64,000 nucleotides of DNA. Source: an uncultured Acidobacteriota bacterium. GTDB taxonomy: Bacteria > Acidobacteriota > Vicinamibacteria > Fen-336. This document shows, piece after piece, positions 38,765 to 49,300 of the stretch. Under the pieces are notes generated by a model. That model had not been told where the DNA came from. It worked only from the letters and a program-made list of their open reading frames with translations, and made no database searches. The stretch spans positions 1,248,001 through 1,312,000 of the forward strand of contig OY970399.1 in the NCBI GenBank assembly GCA_963720545.1, in the 5' to 3' direction. The position numbers and the translations under genes are program-made. How positions within the stretch are numbered: position 1 is the stretch's first letter; each line of letters starts with the position of its first letter.

Positions 38765-40918
38765 TCAATCCATTGGACGTGAGGCTCCGCGGCGCCGCCA
38801 TTGGCGCGCTCCTTCGCGGTCCCCCATGGCATCGAGAGTGCGCGCGGCTGCCTCGAAAGTGGCCTGACGCGGATCGGCCTTCACCATGTCGTTCAGCAAC
38901 CGGTCGAGCTCGCCGACAGTTTTCTTCTGCAGCCCGAAGACCACCGCGAGGCGCGTGTACGCCTGGGTGTTGCGCGGGAAGCGGCGGATCTCGGCGCGGA
39001 ACGCCGCCTCGGCTTCGTCATAACGGTTGAGCCGCGCGAGCGCGTCGCCGCGCAGGAAGTCGATGTCGGGAATGAGCTCGCCTTCGGCGCGGCCGCGCTT
39101 CGCCTCGTCGAGGAGCGCCAGCGCCTCAACGACCTGGCCGCGGCGGATGGCGACTTCGGCAAGGACCACAGCGCCGCCAAGGTTCGCGGCAACCGCAGTG
39201 CTGTCGGTGCGTGCCGCGCGCGCTTCGCGTTCCGCCGTTGCCAGGTCGTCGCGGCCGAGAGCAATGCGCGACAGCAACTCGTGCGCCGCCGGCGGATTCG
39301 ACGAGAGGCCGACACGAGCGTTTGCCTCGGCCTCGTCGAGCTTGCCGAGGCGGAAAGCGACGCGGCCGATCTCGAGCGACAGCGGTCCGGCGAGCGACGG
39401 CGCACCCCGCAGCGCGGCCTTGAAGGCGGTGAACGCGTCCTGGTAGCGGCCGAGGCGCTCGTAGGCCTGCCCCATCTCGTAGCGCGCATCGAAGAGAGCG
39501 GGATTCGCGTCGAGGATGCGCGTGAACAGTGCCACCGCGTCCTCGTCCCTGCCCGCCTTCGCCAGGCGAAATGCGGCGCGGACGTCCTTGAGCACGCCGA
39601 TGCGCTCACGCGGATCGGGCAGCGGTCCGCTCACCGCGTCGCCGCCTCCGCTGAGGTAGCCGAGCGCAGCGAGCTTCTCCAGATCGGCCGCGGACACGCC
39701 GCTGGGCCGCGCGGGCAGCTTCTCCGGATAGCGGCCGAGCGCCGCCTGCAGCACACGAGCGTTCGCAGGTTCGTTCGCGATGCGGTCCGCCGTCTCCCCG
39801 GGATCGCTCACGTGGTCGTAAAGCTCGCGCTTTGCACCTTCGATGTAATGAAAGCGGGAGTCGATCATCGAGCGCAGCGGGCTCCAGCCCAGGTGGATGC
39901 GCGGGTAATACGTCTCCGCGTAGATGGAGCGTTCGCCGCTGGCCGCCGCGAACAGTGGCTTGCCAGCAAGGTCTTTCGGCGTCGCGATGCCCGCCATTGC
40001 GGTGAGCGTCGGAAACACATCGACGAGGGCGGTCGGCGATTCGACGACGGAGCCGGCGCGCTCGCTGCCCGGCAGCTTCACCAGCAACGGCACGTGCAGC
40101 GCCCAGCGGTAGAGCAAAATACCGTGGTCGTCCTCGCCGTGCTCGCCGAGCCCTTCGCCGTGGTCGGAAAGGAACACGACCACGGCCTTGTGATACACCG
40201 AGAGGCGCCGCAGTTCGTCGAGCAGCCCGCCGACGATCTCGTCGCTCTTCGCGATCTCGCCGTCATACGGCTGCGCCGCATAGCGGCTCTTGTACGGTTC
40301 GGGCGGCTCGTACGGCAGGTGCGGCTCGTAGATGTGGAGGAAGAGGAAGAAGGGCCGCGCCGCAACGGTGCCCAGCCAGGTCCTCGCGGCCGCGAGCGTC
40401 GCGTCGCCACGCCGCTGCACCGAGCCCAGCGCGCCGGCCGTCGCCGCGCCCTCGATCTTGTCATCCCAGGTATCGAAACCGTTGGCGATGCCGGTTGCAG
40501 AGCGCAGCACGTACGCGGATACGAAGCCGCCCGTCGCGAAGCCCCTCTCGCGAAACGCAGCGGCCAGCGTCGGGTGCGCCTGCGCGTCGAGCGTATAGCC
40601 GAGGTTGTCGCGCACGCCGTGCTCGAAAGGCAGAAGGCCGGTGAAGAGAGACGCGTGCGACGGCAGCGTCAGCGGCACCTGCGCGTAGGCGTTGCGAAAC
40701 AGCACCGCGTCGCGCCGCAGGCTGTCGATATTGGGCGTCGCGACGGCGCCGTAGCCGTAAGCCGGCAGGTGGTCGGCGCGCAGCGTGTCCACGGAGATGA
40801 TGACGACCGGTGCGTTCGGGTATGCCGCCTGCCCCGCCGGCGCGCTGCCGCGGTTCTTGCAACCAGCAACGCCACCAAACGCCGCCAGCAGCGCGGCAAA
40901 AGCCGCGAGGCGCCTCAT
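38765..40918 (-). CDS. Sulfatase-like hydrolase/transferase lipoprotein with TPR repeats
   Basis: Lipobox VAGC, IISVDTLRADH, PLTLPSH, HIYEPHLPY, SDHGEGLGEHGE, C-terminal TPRs. Confidence 0.88.
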   Translation of the reverse strand: MRRLAAFAALLAAFGGVAGCKNRGSAPAGQAAYPNAPVVIISVDTLRADHLPAYGYGAVATPNIDSLRRDAVLFRNAYAQVPLTLPSHASLFTGLLPFEHGVRDNLGYTLDAQAHPTLAAAFRERGFATGGFVSAYVLRSATGIANGFDTWDDKIEGAATAGALGSVQRRGDATLAAARTWLGTVAARPFFLFLHIYEPHLPYEPPEPYKSRYAAQPYDGEIAKSDEIVGGLLDELRRLSVYHKAVVVFLSDHGEGLGEHGEDDHGILLYRWALHVPLLVKLPGSERAGSVVESPTALVDVFPTLTAMAGIATPKDLAGKPLFAAASGERSIYAETYYPRIHLGWSPLRSMIDSRFHYIEGAKRELYDHVSDPGETADRIANEPANARVLQAALGRYPEKLPARPSGVSAADLEKLAALGYLSGGGDAVSGPLPDPRERIGVLKDVRAAFRLAKAGRDEDAVALFTRILDANPALFDARYEMGQAYERLGRYQDAFTAFKAALRGAPSLAGPLSLEIGRVAFRLGKLDEAEANARVGLSSNPPAAHELLSRIALGRDDLATAEREARAARTDSTAVAANLGGAVVLAEVAIRRGQVVEALALLDEAKRGRAEGELIPDIDFLRGDALARLNRYDEAEAAFRAEIRRFPRNTQAYTRLAVVFGLQKKTVGELDRLLNDMVKADPRQATFEAAARTLDAMGDREGARQWRRRGASRPMD

Positions 40919-40992
40919 GATGGCACCCTACCCGAGATGTTGCGGGCGTCACAGCCAACGTACGGCCAGCTCGCTAAGCTTCCGGCCACACC

Positions 40993-41856
40993 ATGGAGAT
41001 CACCGCGCGTTTGGCTATCGCGGCGATCCTCGTCGGTGGCGTCGCAGCTTGCAGTTCCGAACCGGTCCCATCTGGACCGACCAACCACATGGTGCCGCCC
41101 GTCATGGTACTTGCCGGCGATACCGGTTCGCCGGTGACGTCCATCATGGCGGAAATGGGCGCCACGGTGTTCCTGAACGAACCTGGTTTTCTGCGACTGG
41201 AGACGCGCAATTCCGGACGGCCGATCTACTTGTGGCCGTCGGGTGGTATTGCTCCACTCACCTACGTACGTTTCATGGTCTATGCCAACCAGGACCCGGG
41301 CTCGCTGTTTCAGTTTGCTGCCGGCAGCGCCTGCGTGGTCGTCGACGAACGCATTACCGACCAGGCGGCTCGCAACGCCGTCCTGAAGGGATTGGATGCG
41401 GTCAATGATGCCCAGGCCAGCGTCGTGTTCCGTGAGGCTTGTTCAGCGCCAGATGTAACGATCACGGTCGATCGACGCGATCCCGGGTTTGCAACGTTTC
41501 CGGAAGCCGCCGCTCTCGCCTACGTCTCGTCAACGCGGCCCTTCGTGATTCGTTCTGCTCGCATCGTGGCCAAGGACGTGCGGTTTCTGCGCTATCCACA
41601 GCTGACGATGCACGAGTTTGGGCACGTTCTCGGATTCAGTCATCTCGACCCGAACGGACCGTTGGGAATGCTGTCGTCGAATCCGGAGGTGTATGAGCTA
41701 CCCGGTTTCACGCCGGCAGAACGCCTCGTGATGAAGCTCGCGCGCATGCGGCCGCCGGGAACGCGGCTCACCGGCGACGAGGAGAGCACAATGGCCGCCA
41801 CCGCCAGCCGCGGCGGAACGAGCCCGAGACTCGCGTGCGCCTTCGCAGCGAACTAG
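40993..41856 (+). CDS. Lipoprotein with metzincin (matrixin-like) zinc metalloprotease motif
   Basis: Lipobox VAAC; HEFGHVLGFSH followed by a Met-turn-like GML. Confidence 0.7.
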   Translation: MEITARLAIAAILVGGVAACSSEPVPSGPTNHMVPPVMVLAGDTGSPVTSIMAEMGATVFLNEPGFLRLETRNSGRPIYLWPSGGIAPLTYVRFMVYANQDPGSLFQFAAGSACVVVDERITDQAARNAVLKGLDAVNDAQASVVFREACSAPDVTITVDRRDPGFATFPEAAALAYVSSTRPFVIRSARIVAKDVRFLRYPQLTMHEFGHVLGFSHLDPNGPLGMLSSNPEVYELPGFTPAERLVMKLARMRPPGTRLTGDEESTMAATASRGGTSPRLACAFAAN

Positions 41857-41955
41857 CTACTGCTGCGGCTCACGGTCTCATGCAGGACTGCTGGTACCGC
41901 GGGCGCACGCCTTCTCGCGCAGTTTGTGCCTCGCGCCGCGGCGGTCAACAACTAT

Positions 41956-44580
41956 TCAGAAAGCGGGGCCGAGCACCACCGCGTTGGCGAACAGCAGCAT
42001 GGTGGCTTCGGTGAACGCGCGAAAGTTCGGGTCTTCGGCAAAGGCGACGATGTGTCCCTCGCCGATCGGCTGGTCGATGAGGAAGGCCTTGTGCGCGAGG
42101 CCGCCGAGCGCTTCATCCCACGCGAGGCCCGAGAGGCGCAGGCTCTCCTTGCCCGCGTAGACGCCGGCGTTCACGCCCTTGTCGAGCCGGATCGGCGTGA
42201 AAATGCGGCGGCTCTCGACCAGCGCGCCCAGCTCGCCGTCGCTGCCGGCCGCGAGCCAGTGCCGGCGGTCGAGCTCGACGCGCAGGATGGCGCCGGGTGT
42301 CGCTTCGGGCGCTTCGCGTTCGGGCTGGATGGATTTCTCGTAGTCGAAAGGCGCCTCATCCTTCTTTTTCGCATCCTTGCCGGTTTCCTTCGCGGCGTCG
42401 CCTGCCGCCGCCGGATCCACTTCGGGAGTGCCGTCGCGCATCTCGGTGCGGGTCTCGAGGAGGCCGGTCTTTTCGCGGGCAGCCCAGCGCGAGGCATCGC
42501 CGATCGTCACCAGCGTGCCACCGGTGCGCACCCACTCCTTGAGGCGCACCACGATCTCGGGCGGGATGACGTAGGTGCCCGACGGCATGACGATGACGTC
42601 GTAGCGCCGCAGCTCGGCGCGCAGCAGCGACGCGACGCGCACCGTCGTCGCACCGATGCCGAAGCGGCGTTCGAGCGCATAGCGCGCCCAGCCGGCGGAC
42701 AGGCTCGAGGTCGGCGCGTCCCAAAGGAGCAGCACGCGCGGCGTGCGCAGCGGCAGCATCCGCGCGCTGCCCAGGGAGATGCCGCCTGGGTCGGTGAAGG
42801 CGGTGTCGGTCGGCACCGGCACGACGCCGTGCTGCGCTGCCAGCGGGCCGAGCGAAGCCGCCAGGCCGCGGTTGTCGGCGGTGCGGAACAGGACCGTGCC
42901 GACGCCGAACTCGCGGCCGCCGAGCCGGATGACGTCGCCGGCGACGCTTGCGCGCATTCCGGCACGCAGCGCCGCCACCACCAACCCGGGTGTGCCCGAG
43001 CCCCAGGGAACGAGGTAGCCCACCTGCGCCGCGGGCAGTGCGCTCGCCGCGGGTTCGGCGCCGACTGCCAGCGGGGTTGCCTTCACCGCGATGGGCAGGG
43101 CCGAGGGCACGCACTCCACGTCGAACACCAGCGGCAGGCTCCACGCGGTGACGTCGTAGATGCCGTCGGGCTTGCGCAGCTTGCGCAGGCGATCCTGCTC
43201 CTTGACGAAGGCATCGTCCTGGTCGACGTGCACGTCGAGCAGGTTGCGCACCAGCCGCGCCGAAGGCTGCGCGGTCGAGACCAGGAAGGCGCCCGCGGCG
43301 ACCGTGCGCGGGCCCAGTTTCACCGCCTCGTCGGCGCGCCGCACCTCGATGCCCTGCGAGCGCAGCAGCCGCGCCAGACGCTCGGCCATCGACGGGTCCG
43401 CTCCCGGCACCAGCACGTATTCGCGGGTACCCCGCTGGCCTTCGGCTACGGCGCTCGCCCGGTAGTCGGCGAAGTAGCGCAGCAGCTCGGCGCGGTTCAC
43501 TGCGGCGGTGCGCGCCGTCTCGATCGCCGCGGTGAAGTGGTGCAGCACGGAGTCCTTGTAGGTCAGGATCTCGCCGTCGGTGCGGCGAAACGACAGGGCG
43601 CGCGCCGAGGCCTGCTCATAGGTCATGCCGATCGCGCCCTGGAAGATCGGCCAGCTCTCGCCGTAACCGGGATAGAACGAGTCGTAGTTCTCGCGGATGA
43701 AGTAGGCAAACCCCTTGGCGTCGAAGCGCGCAGCATTGTTCTTGCCGAAGGTCTCGAACCAGGCGCGCTGCTCCTTCGGCAGGAACGGGTTGATGGGATC
43801 GGCCGGCGGCGCGAAGTAGTAACTGGAGTTGCCGCCCATCTCGTGGAGGTCTACGGCCACTTGCGGGAAGTAGTCGAGGTACACCTGGATGCGGCCGCGG
43901 GTCTCGGGCTGCGAGAGCGCGAACCAGTCGCGGTTCATGTCGAAGAGATAGTGATTGGCGCGGCCGCCGGGCCACGGCTCGTCGTGCTCGGCCGAGAGCG
44001 GGTCGGGGTCGGGCGCCGAAGCGCGGCCCTGCAGGTTCTGGAACAGGAAGCGCGCGCGGCCGTCGGGGTTCTCCATCGGGTCGATGACGAGGAGCGCGTC
44101 CTTCCTGATCGCGTCCACCGCCGCATCGCCCTGCGCCGCGAGGACGTGGTACGCCTCGGCGAGCGCGGCGTCGCTCGACGAGATCTCGTTGCCGTGCACG
44201 CCATGCATCAGCCAGACGCAGACCGGCAGCCCGCCGATGAGCCGGTCGCGCTCCGCCGGCGCCAGCCCGCGCGGGTCGGCGAGCCGGCGCAGGCCGGCCT
44301 TAACCGTGTCGAGGGCCGCGAGCCGTTCAGGCGTGCCGATGACGAAAATCCAGAGCGGCCGCCCCTCGTAACTGCGCGCGTACTCGACGAGGCGGGTCCG
44401 TTCCGGCGCGGCCTCGTGCAGCGCTTTCAAGTAGGTGGCGACGTTTTCCGGCGAGGTGATCTCGTCGCCATGGTCGTAGCCGAGCACCGCGCGGATCGCG
44501 GGGATCTTCGGGTCGTAGGCGCTCGCCGGGTCGAGCACGCTCGCGGCACCGAGCGCTAGGGTGAAGGCGGCTGCGAGCAT
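41956..44580 (-). CDS. M14 family zinc carboxypeptidase with C-terminal glutamine-amidotransferase-like domain
   Basis: HGVHGNE, ENPDGR, NHYLFDMNRDW, DLHEMG, YDVTAWSLP, DPNFRA; AAGGAG RBS. Confidence 0.9.
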   Translation of the reverse strand: MLAAAFTLALGAASVLDPASAYDPKIPAIRAVLGYDHGDEITSPENVATYLKALHEAAPERTRLVEYARSYEGRPLWIFVIGTPERLAALDTVKAGLRRLADPRGLAPAERDRLIGGLPVCVWLMHGVHGNEISSSDAALAEAYHVLAAQGDAAVDAIRKDALLVIDPMENPDGRARFLFQNLQGRASAPDPDPLSAEHDEPWPGGRANHYLFDMNRDWFALSQPETRGRIQVYLDYFPQVAVDLHEMGGNSSYYFAPPADPINPFLPKEQRAWFETFGKNNAARFDAKGFAYFIRENYDSFYPGYGESWPIFQGAIGMTYEQASARALSFRRTDGEILTYKDSVLHHFTAAIETARTAAVNRAELLRYFADYRASAVAEGQRGTREYVLVPGADPSMAERLARLLRSQGIEVRRADEAVKLGPRTVAAGAFLVSTAQPSARLVRNLLDVHVDQDDAFVKEQDRLRKLRKPDGIYDVTAWSLPLVFDVECVPSALPIAVKATPLAVGAEPAASALPAAQVGYLVPWGSGTPGLVVAALRAGMRASVAGDVIRLGGREFGVGTVLFRTADNRGLAASLGPLAAQHGVVPVPTDTAFTDPGGISLGSARMLPLRTPRVLLLWDAPTSSLSAGWARYALERRFGIGATTVRVASLLRAELRRYDVIVMPSGTYVIPPEIVVRLKEWVRTGGTLVTIGDASRWAAREKTGLLETRTEMRDGTPEVDPAAAGDAAKETGKDAKKKDEAPFDYEKSIQPEREAPEATPGAILRVELDRRHWLAAGSDGELGALVESRRIFTPIRLDKGVNAGVYAGKESLRLSGLAWDEALGGLAHKAFLIDQPIGEGHIVAFAEDPNFRAFTEATMLLFANAVVLGPAF

Positions 44581-44653
44581 CGTGGTCGATCTCCTTGCGT
44601 GCTTTGGCCTGGTGAAGTGGCGCGAGGCCGGCGGACATTCTAGGCTCTCGCCC

Positions 44654-46375
44654 ATGAAATCACCGGCGGCGTGGCGATGGCGATGGCGTTTTGCAGCAGG
44701 CCTGATGCTGGCCGTGTCCGGCACGCTCGCCGCGGCGGAACCGCCGGCCGACACGGTGCTGCGCGGCGGCGCCGTCTACACCATGGATGCCGCGCGCTCG
44801 TGGGCCGAGGCGGTGGCGCTGCGCGACGGACGCATCGTGTTCGTCGGCAGCAGTGCTGCGGCTGCGGCCTTCGTCGGAGCGAAGACACGCGTCGTGGAGC
44901 TGGCCGGCCGCATGCTGCTGCCCGGCTTTCAGGATGCACACGTCCACCCGGTGAGCGGCGGCGTCGAGCTGGGACAGTGCAACCTCAACAACCTCGAGAC
45001 GCAGGCCGAGGTGTTCGCGAAAGTGAAGGCGTGCGCCGCGGCGCGGCCCGATGCGCCGTGGGTCGTGGGCGGCGGCTGGGCGCTGACGACGTTCCCGGCC
45101 ACCGGCCCCACCCGCCAGATGCTCGACGCGCTGGTCCCCGACCGGCCGGTGATTCTCGACGCGGCCGACGGCCACACGTCGTGGGTGAACACCAGGGCCC
45201 TGAAGATCGCCGGCGTTACGGCCGCCACGAAGGATCCAGGCGACGGACGCATCGAGCGCGAGGCGTCGGGCGAACCGGCCGGCGCGCTGCGCGAGTCGGC
45301 GATCGAGCTGGTGTCGCGGCTGGCGCCGCCGCAGACGGCCGGCGAACGGCTCGCCGGACTGAAGCGCGCGGTGGCGATGTTCAACTCCTTCGGCATCACC
45401 GCCGTGCAGGAGGCCGATGCCGGCGCCGGCGCCAAGGGTGCTGGCGCGCGCGAAACGCTCGCGGCCTACCGGGCGCTGGAGCAGCAGGGTGGGCTCAACC
45501 TGCGCGTGGTCGCGGCCATCCACGTCGATCCGGCGCGCGGTGTCGAGCAGGTCGCCGACATGGCGAAGCTGCGCACCGAGTTCAGCTCAGCGCGGCTGCG
45601 GCCGGTGGCCGCCAAGATCTTCGCCGACGGTGTCATCGAGTCGCGCACCGCGTCCATGCTCGAGCCCTACACGGGCTTCCCTGAGGACCGCGGCAAGACC
45701 GACTTTCCGCCCGGGAAGATGAATGCCATCGTCGCGGCGCTGACCGAAGCCGGCTTCAGCGTGCACATCCACGCGATCGGCGACCGCGCGATCCGCACCA
45801 GCCTCGACGCCTTCGAGAAGGCGAAGCCGCTGCGCCAGCCCGGCCAGCGGCGCATGATCGCGCACCTCGAACTGATCGATCCCGCCGACCTGCCGCGCTT
45901 CCGCGACCTCGACGTGATCGCGAACTTCGAGGCGCTCTGGGGCTACGCCGACCAGTACATCGTCGACCTCAGCTGGCCGATCCTCGGCCCGGAGCGCTCG
46001 CGCTGGCTCTATCCCATCCACAGCGTGGCGAAGACCGGCGCCGTGCTCTCGTTCGGCAGCGACTGGTCGGTGTCGTCGGCGAACCCCCTCGATGCGATCC
46101 AGGTCGCGGTCACCCGCCAGGGAATCGCCCTGCCGCGACGCGCCCCGATGGTGGCCGAAGAGGCGATCGACCTCGACACGGCGCTCGCCGCGTACACCAT
46201 CGGCTCGGCGTTCGCGAACGCGCTCGAGAAGGACACCGGCAGCATCGAGGTCGGCAAGGCCGGCGACCTGGCAGTCATCGACGCGAACCTGTTCGCCGTG
46301 CCGCCTTCGGAGATCGCGAAGCACAAGGTGGTGATGACCCTGCTCGACGGCCGGGTGGTGTTCGAGGCGAAGTGA
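44654..46375 (+). CDS. Amidohydrolase (YtcJ-like, Amidohydro_3)
   Basis: LPGFQDAHVH, DGHTSWVN, KIFADG, HAIGDRA, AHLE, GSDWSVS, GSIEVGKAGDL. Confidence 0.92.
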   Translation: MKSPAAWRWRWRFAAGLMLAVSGTLAAAEPPADTVLRGGAVYTMDAARSWAEAVALRDGRIVFVGSSAAAAAFVGAKTRVVELAGRMLLPGFQDAHVHPVSGGVELGQCNLNNLETQAEVFAKVKACAAARPDAPWVVGGGWALTTFPATGPTRQMLDALVPDRPVILDAADGHTSWVNTRALKIAGVTAATKDPGDGRIEREASGEPAGALRESAIELVSRLAPPQTAGERLAGLKRAVAMFNSFGITAVQEADAGAGAKGAGARETLAAYRALEQQGGLNLRVVAAIHVDPARGVEQVADMAKLRTEFSSARLRPVAAKIFADGVIESRTASMLEPYTGFPEDRGKTDFPPGKMNAIVAALTEAGFSVHIHAIGDRAIRTSLDAFEKAKPLRQPGQRRMIAHLELIDPADLPRFRDLDVIANFEALWGYADQYIVDLSWPILGPERSRWLYPIHSVAKTGAVLSFGSDWSVSSANPLDAIQVAVTRQGIALPRRAPMVAEEAIDLDTALAAYTIGSAFANALEKDTGSIEVGKAGDLAVIDANLFAVPPSEIAKHKVVMTLLDGRVVFEAK

Positions 46376-46378
46376 AGC

Positions 46379-49300
46379 TCAGTTGAAGAACAGCTTGAGG
46401 CTGAGCTGGATTTCCCGCGCCAGGCGCACTCCGTCGAACTGGCCGAACGTGTTGTTGGCGATGGCGCACGAGCTGTCGGTCAGGCCGGCGCCGCAGACGT
46501 TGTTGATGGTGGTGAACTGCGTCTGGTTGAACGCGTTGATGAAGTCGGCGCGGAACTGCAGCCGGGTCTTCTGCGACGTGTTCCAGAACTTCGACAGCGT
46601 GATGTCCCACTGGTTGCGTCCCGGCAGGCGGAAGATGGCGCGGCCGGTATCGCCGTAGGCGCCGTCCGCGGGCGGCGCGAACGCCGCCGGGTTGATGTAG
46701 TAGTTGCCGGCCGGCACGTTCGCGAACGGGTCGCTCAGCTGGTTGACGCGCAGGCCGCGGCGCGCGCCGTTGGTGTTGCCGGTGACGATGCGCGAGACGG
46801 GCGGCCCCGACTCGCGCGTGAAGATGCCGGCGACCTGCCAGCCGCCGAGGAGCGCCTTCGCGACTCCCGAGGAATTGCGGAACACCGGGATCTCGTAAAC
46901 CCAGTTGCCCTTGAAGACGTGGGTGCGATCGGTGCGCGCGAGCGCGTATTCGGCGTCGAGATCCTGCGGGTTCTGCGGGAGGTCGACCGCATCGCGGTCG
47001 TTGGATGCCGTCGCCTTGCTCTGGCTCAGCGTGTAGGCGAGCGCGAAGGTGCCGGCGGCGCCGGCGTTGTGGCGGAAGTCCACGAGCAGGCCGTGGTAGC
47101 GGCTGCGGGCGGTCGTCTGCCGGTTGTTGATCGAGCCGTAGCCGAGGAACGGCCGCGCCAGATTGACCGAACCGAGGCGCACCACATCCGCCGGCTGCGG
47201 CTGGTTGATGTCCACCGGCTGCACCAGGAAGTCGCCCTTGGAGCCGACGTACGACACGTCGATCACGCCCCGCGAGTACAGCTGCCGCGACATGCCGACG
47301 TTCCACTGCATGAAGCGCGGCGTCTGGAAGTCCTCGCCGGTTGCGATCAGGTTGCGCACGCCGGTGGTCGTCGGCGTGATGCCGGCCGCGGGGCTCGACA
47401 GCTGCGTGTTCTGGAAGGCGCGGGTGCTGGCGAACGGCGGGTTGGTGAAGGCGTTCTGTTCGAAGATGCCGACCAGCACCTGGTCGTAGTAGATGCCGAA
47501 CCCGGCGCGGAACAGGCTCTTGCCGTCGCCCTTCGGATCGAATGTCAGGCCGAAGCGCGGCTGCACGTTGCCCTTGTCGGCCTTGTAAAGGCGGCGGCCG
47601 CCGGGCGCGTTCCGGCCGGCGACCACGATGCCGTTCAGGGGATCGCCGGTGCCGACGATGATCGCGGTGCCTGCTGTGCTCGAGAAAGTCGGCGCGTTCG
47701 CGGGGTTGTACAAGGACGGTGCAAACGAGGTCATCACGTCGTTGGTGTCGATGACCCCCGGATACACGGAGTAGCGCAGGCCGGCGTCGATCGTGACCTT
47801 CGGGGTCACGCGCCACGAATCCTGGGCATAGCCTTCGTAGCGCCGGAAGTGGAGGTGATTGGTGATGTCGATCTCCGCCTCGGAATAGAAGCACGCCGCC
47901 CCGCACAGGCCGTCGCTGTTGCCGCGCAGGAAATTCTGGAACGCGGTGCGGCCGCCGCCGGCGCCGAAGGTGAAGTCGCCCTGGGTGAGGTTGGCGGCGT
48001 TCTCGTCCTTGCTTTCGAAGCTGACCAGGCCGCCGAACTTGAAGGTGTGGTTGCCGCGCAGCACCGTCAGGTCGTCGGCAAAGGTGTGGTTGCGGTACTT
48101 GATGCCGATCGCCTGGTTGGCGCCGATCGTGGACAGCCCGGTGATCCGCACGAACGGAATGCGGTCGCCGTCGTTGCCCGCGAACACCTCCGGAATGTCG
48201 AGGCCGTAGTCGGCGCGGCGGCCGCGGGCGGCGTCGGTCGAGCGCGAGGTGATGGCATTGCTCGAGAACTGGTACGAGACCTCGTTCACGGTGTTCTGGC
48301 CGAGGTTGCCGGTGAGCCGCGCCACGAAGATGTTGCCAGGCACCGGCGTGATGGTGCTGGCGACGTTGGGAACGAGCACGGTGGTCGCGAGGAACAGGCC
48401 GCCGACCACGTCTTCCGTCTCGCTGAGGTCGTGGGTGTAGCGCGCCATCGCCCGCCAGTTCGGGTTGATGTTGTAGTCGAGGCGCACCACTTCCTGGCGC
48501 GTGTTGTTGACGCCCGGCGACGAGTTCACGTACTGGCCGGGCACTGCCGGGTTGTTGGGCTGCGGCCACGCGTCGAGCAGCGCCACAGCATTGGGGTCGC
48601 GGTCGCCGGGCGCCACGTAGTTGGCGTTCGTCGGATCGGTGAGCCACGCCGGCTGCGGCACGTTGGTGATCGGCGACGCCGCGCGCTTGATGCGCCGCCA
48701 CTCCTGCGAGGCGAAGAAGAACAGCTTGTCTTTCTGGATCGGCCCGCCGAGGGTCCAGCCAAAGTTGTGATAGTTCAGGGCCGGGGCGTTTTGCGAGATC
48801 AGCGGATCGCTGCTCTGCTTGCGGAAGAAGCTGTTCTCGTTCAGCGAGTCGTTGCGGTAGTACTCGTAGAGCGAACCCTTGAACTGGTTGGTGCCGCTCT
48901 TGGTGACGAGGTTCACCACCCCGCCGCCGCTGCGCTGCCACTCCGCGGCGTAGCTGCTGGTGAGGATCTTGAACTCCTCGATCGAGTCGACCGTCGGCGT
49001 CGCCAGCAGCGTGATGTTCGAGCCCACGTCCACGTTCGAGACGCCGTCCACCAGCCAGTTGACGGCGTTGCGGCGCGCGCCGTTGATCGACACGCTCACC
49101 GTGCTGGTCAGGCCGATGCCCACCTCGTCGCCGAGATCGCTGGAGACGCCGGGAACGAGGGTCGCGAGCTGCACGAAGTTGCGGTTGTTGAGCGGCAGCT
49201 CCTGCACCTGCTTCGCGCCCATCAGCGATTGCAGGGCGGAGGTCTGCTGGATCAGCTCACCGCCGGCCGTGACCTCGATGGCTTCGGACACGCCTCCGGC

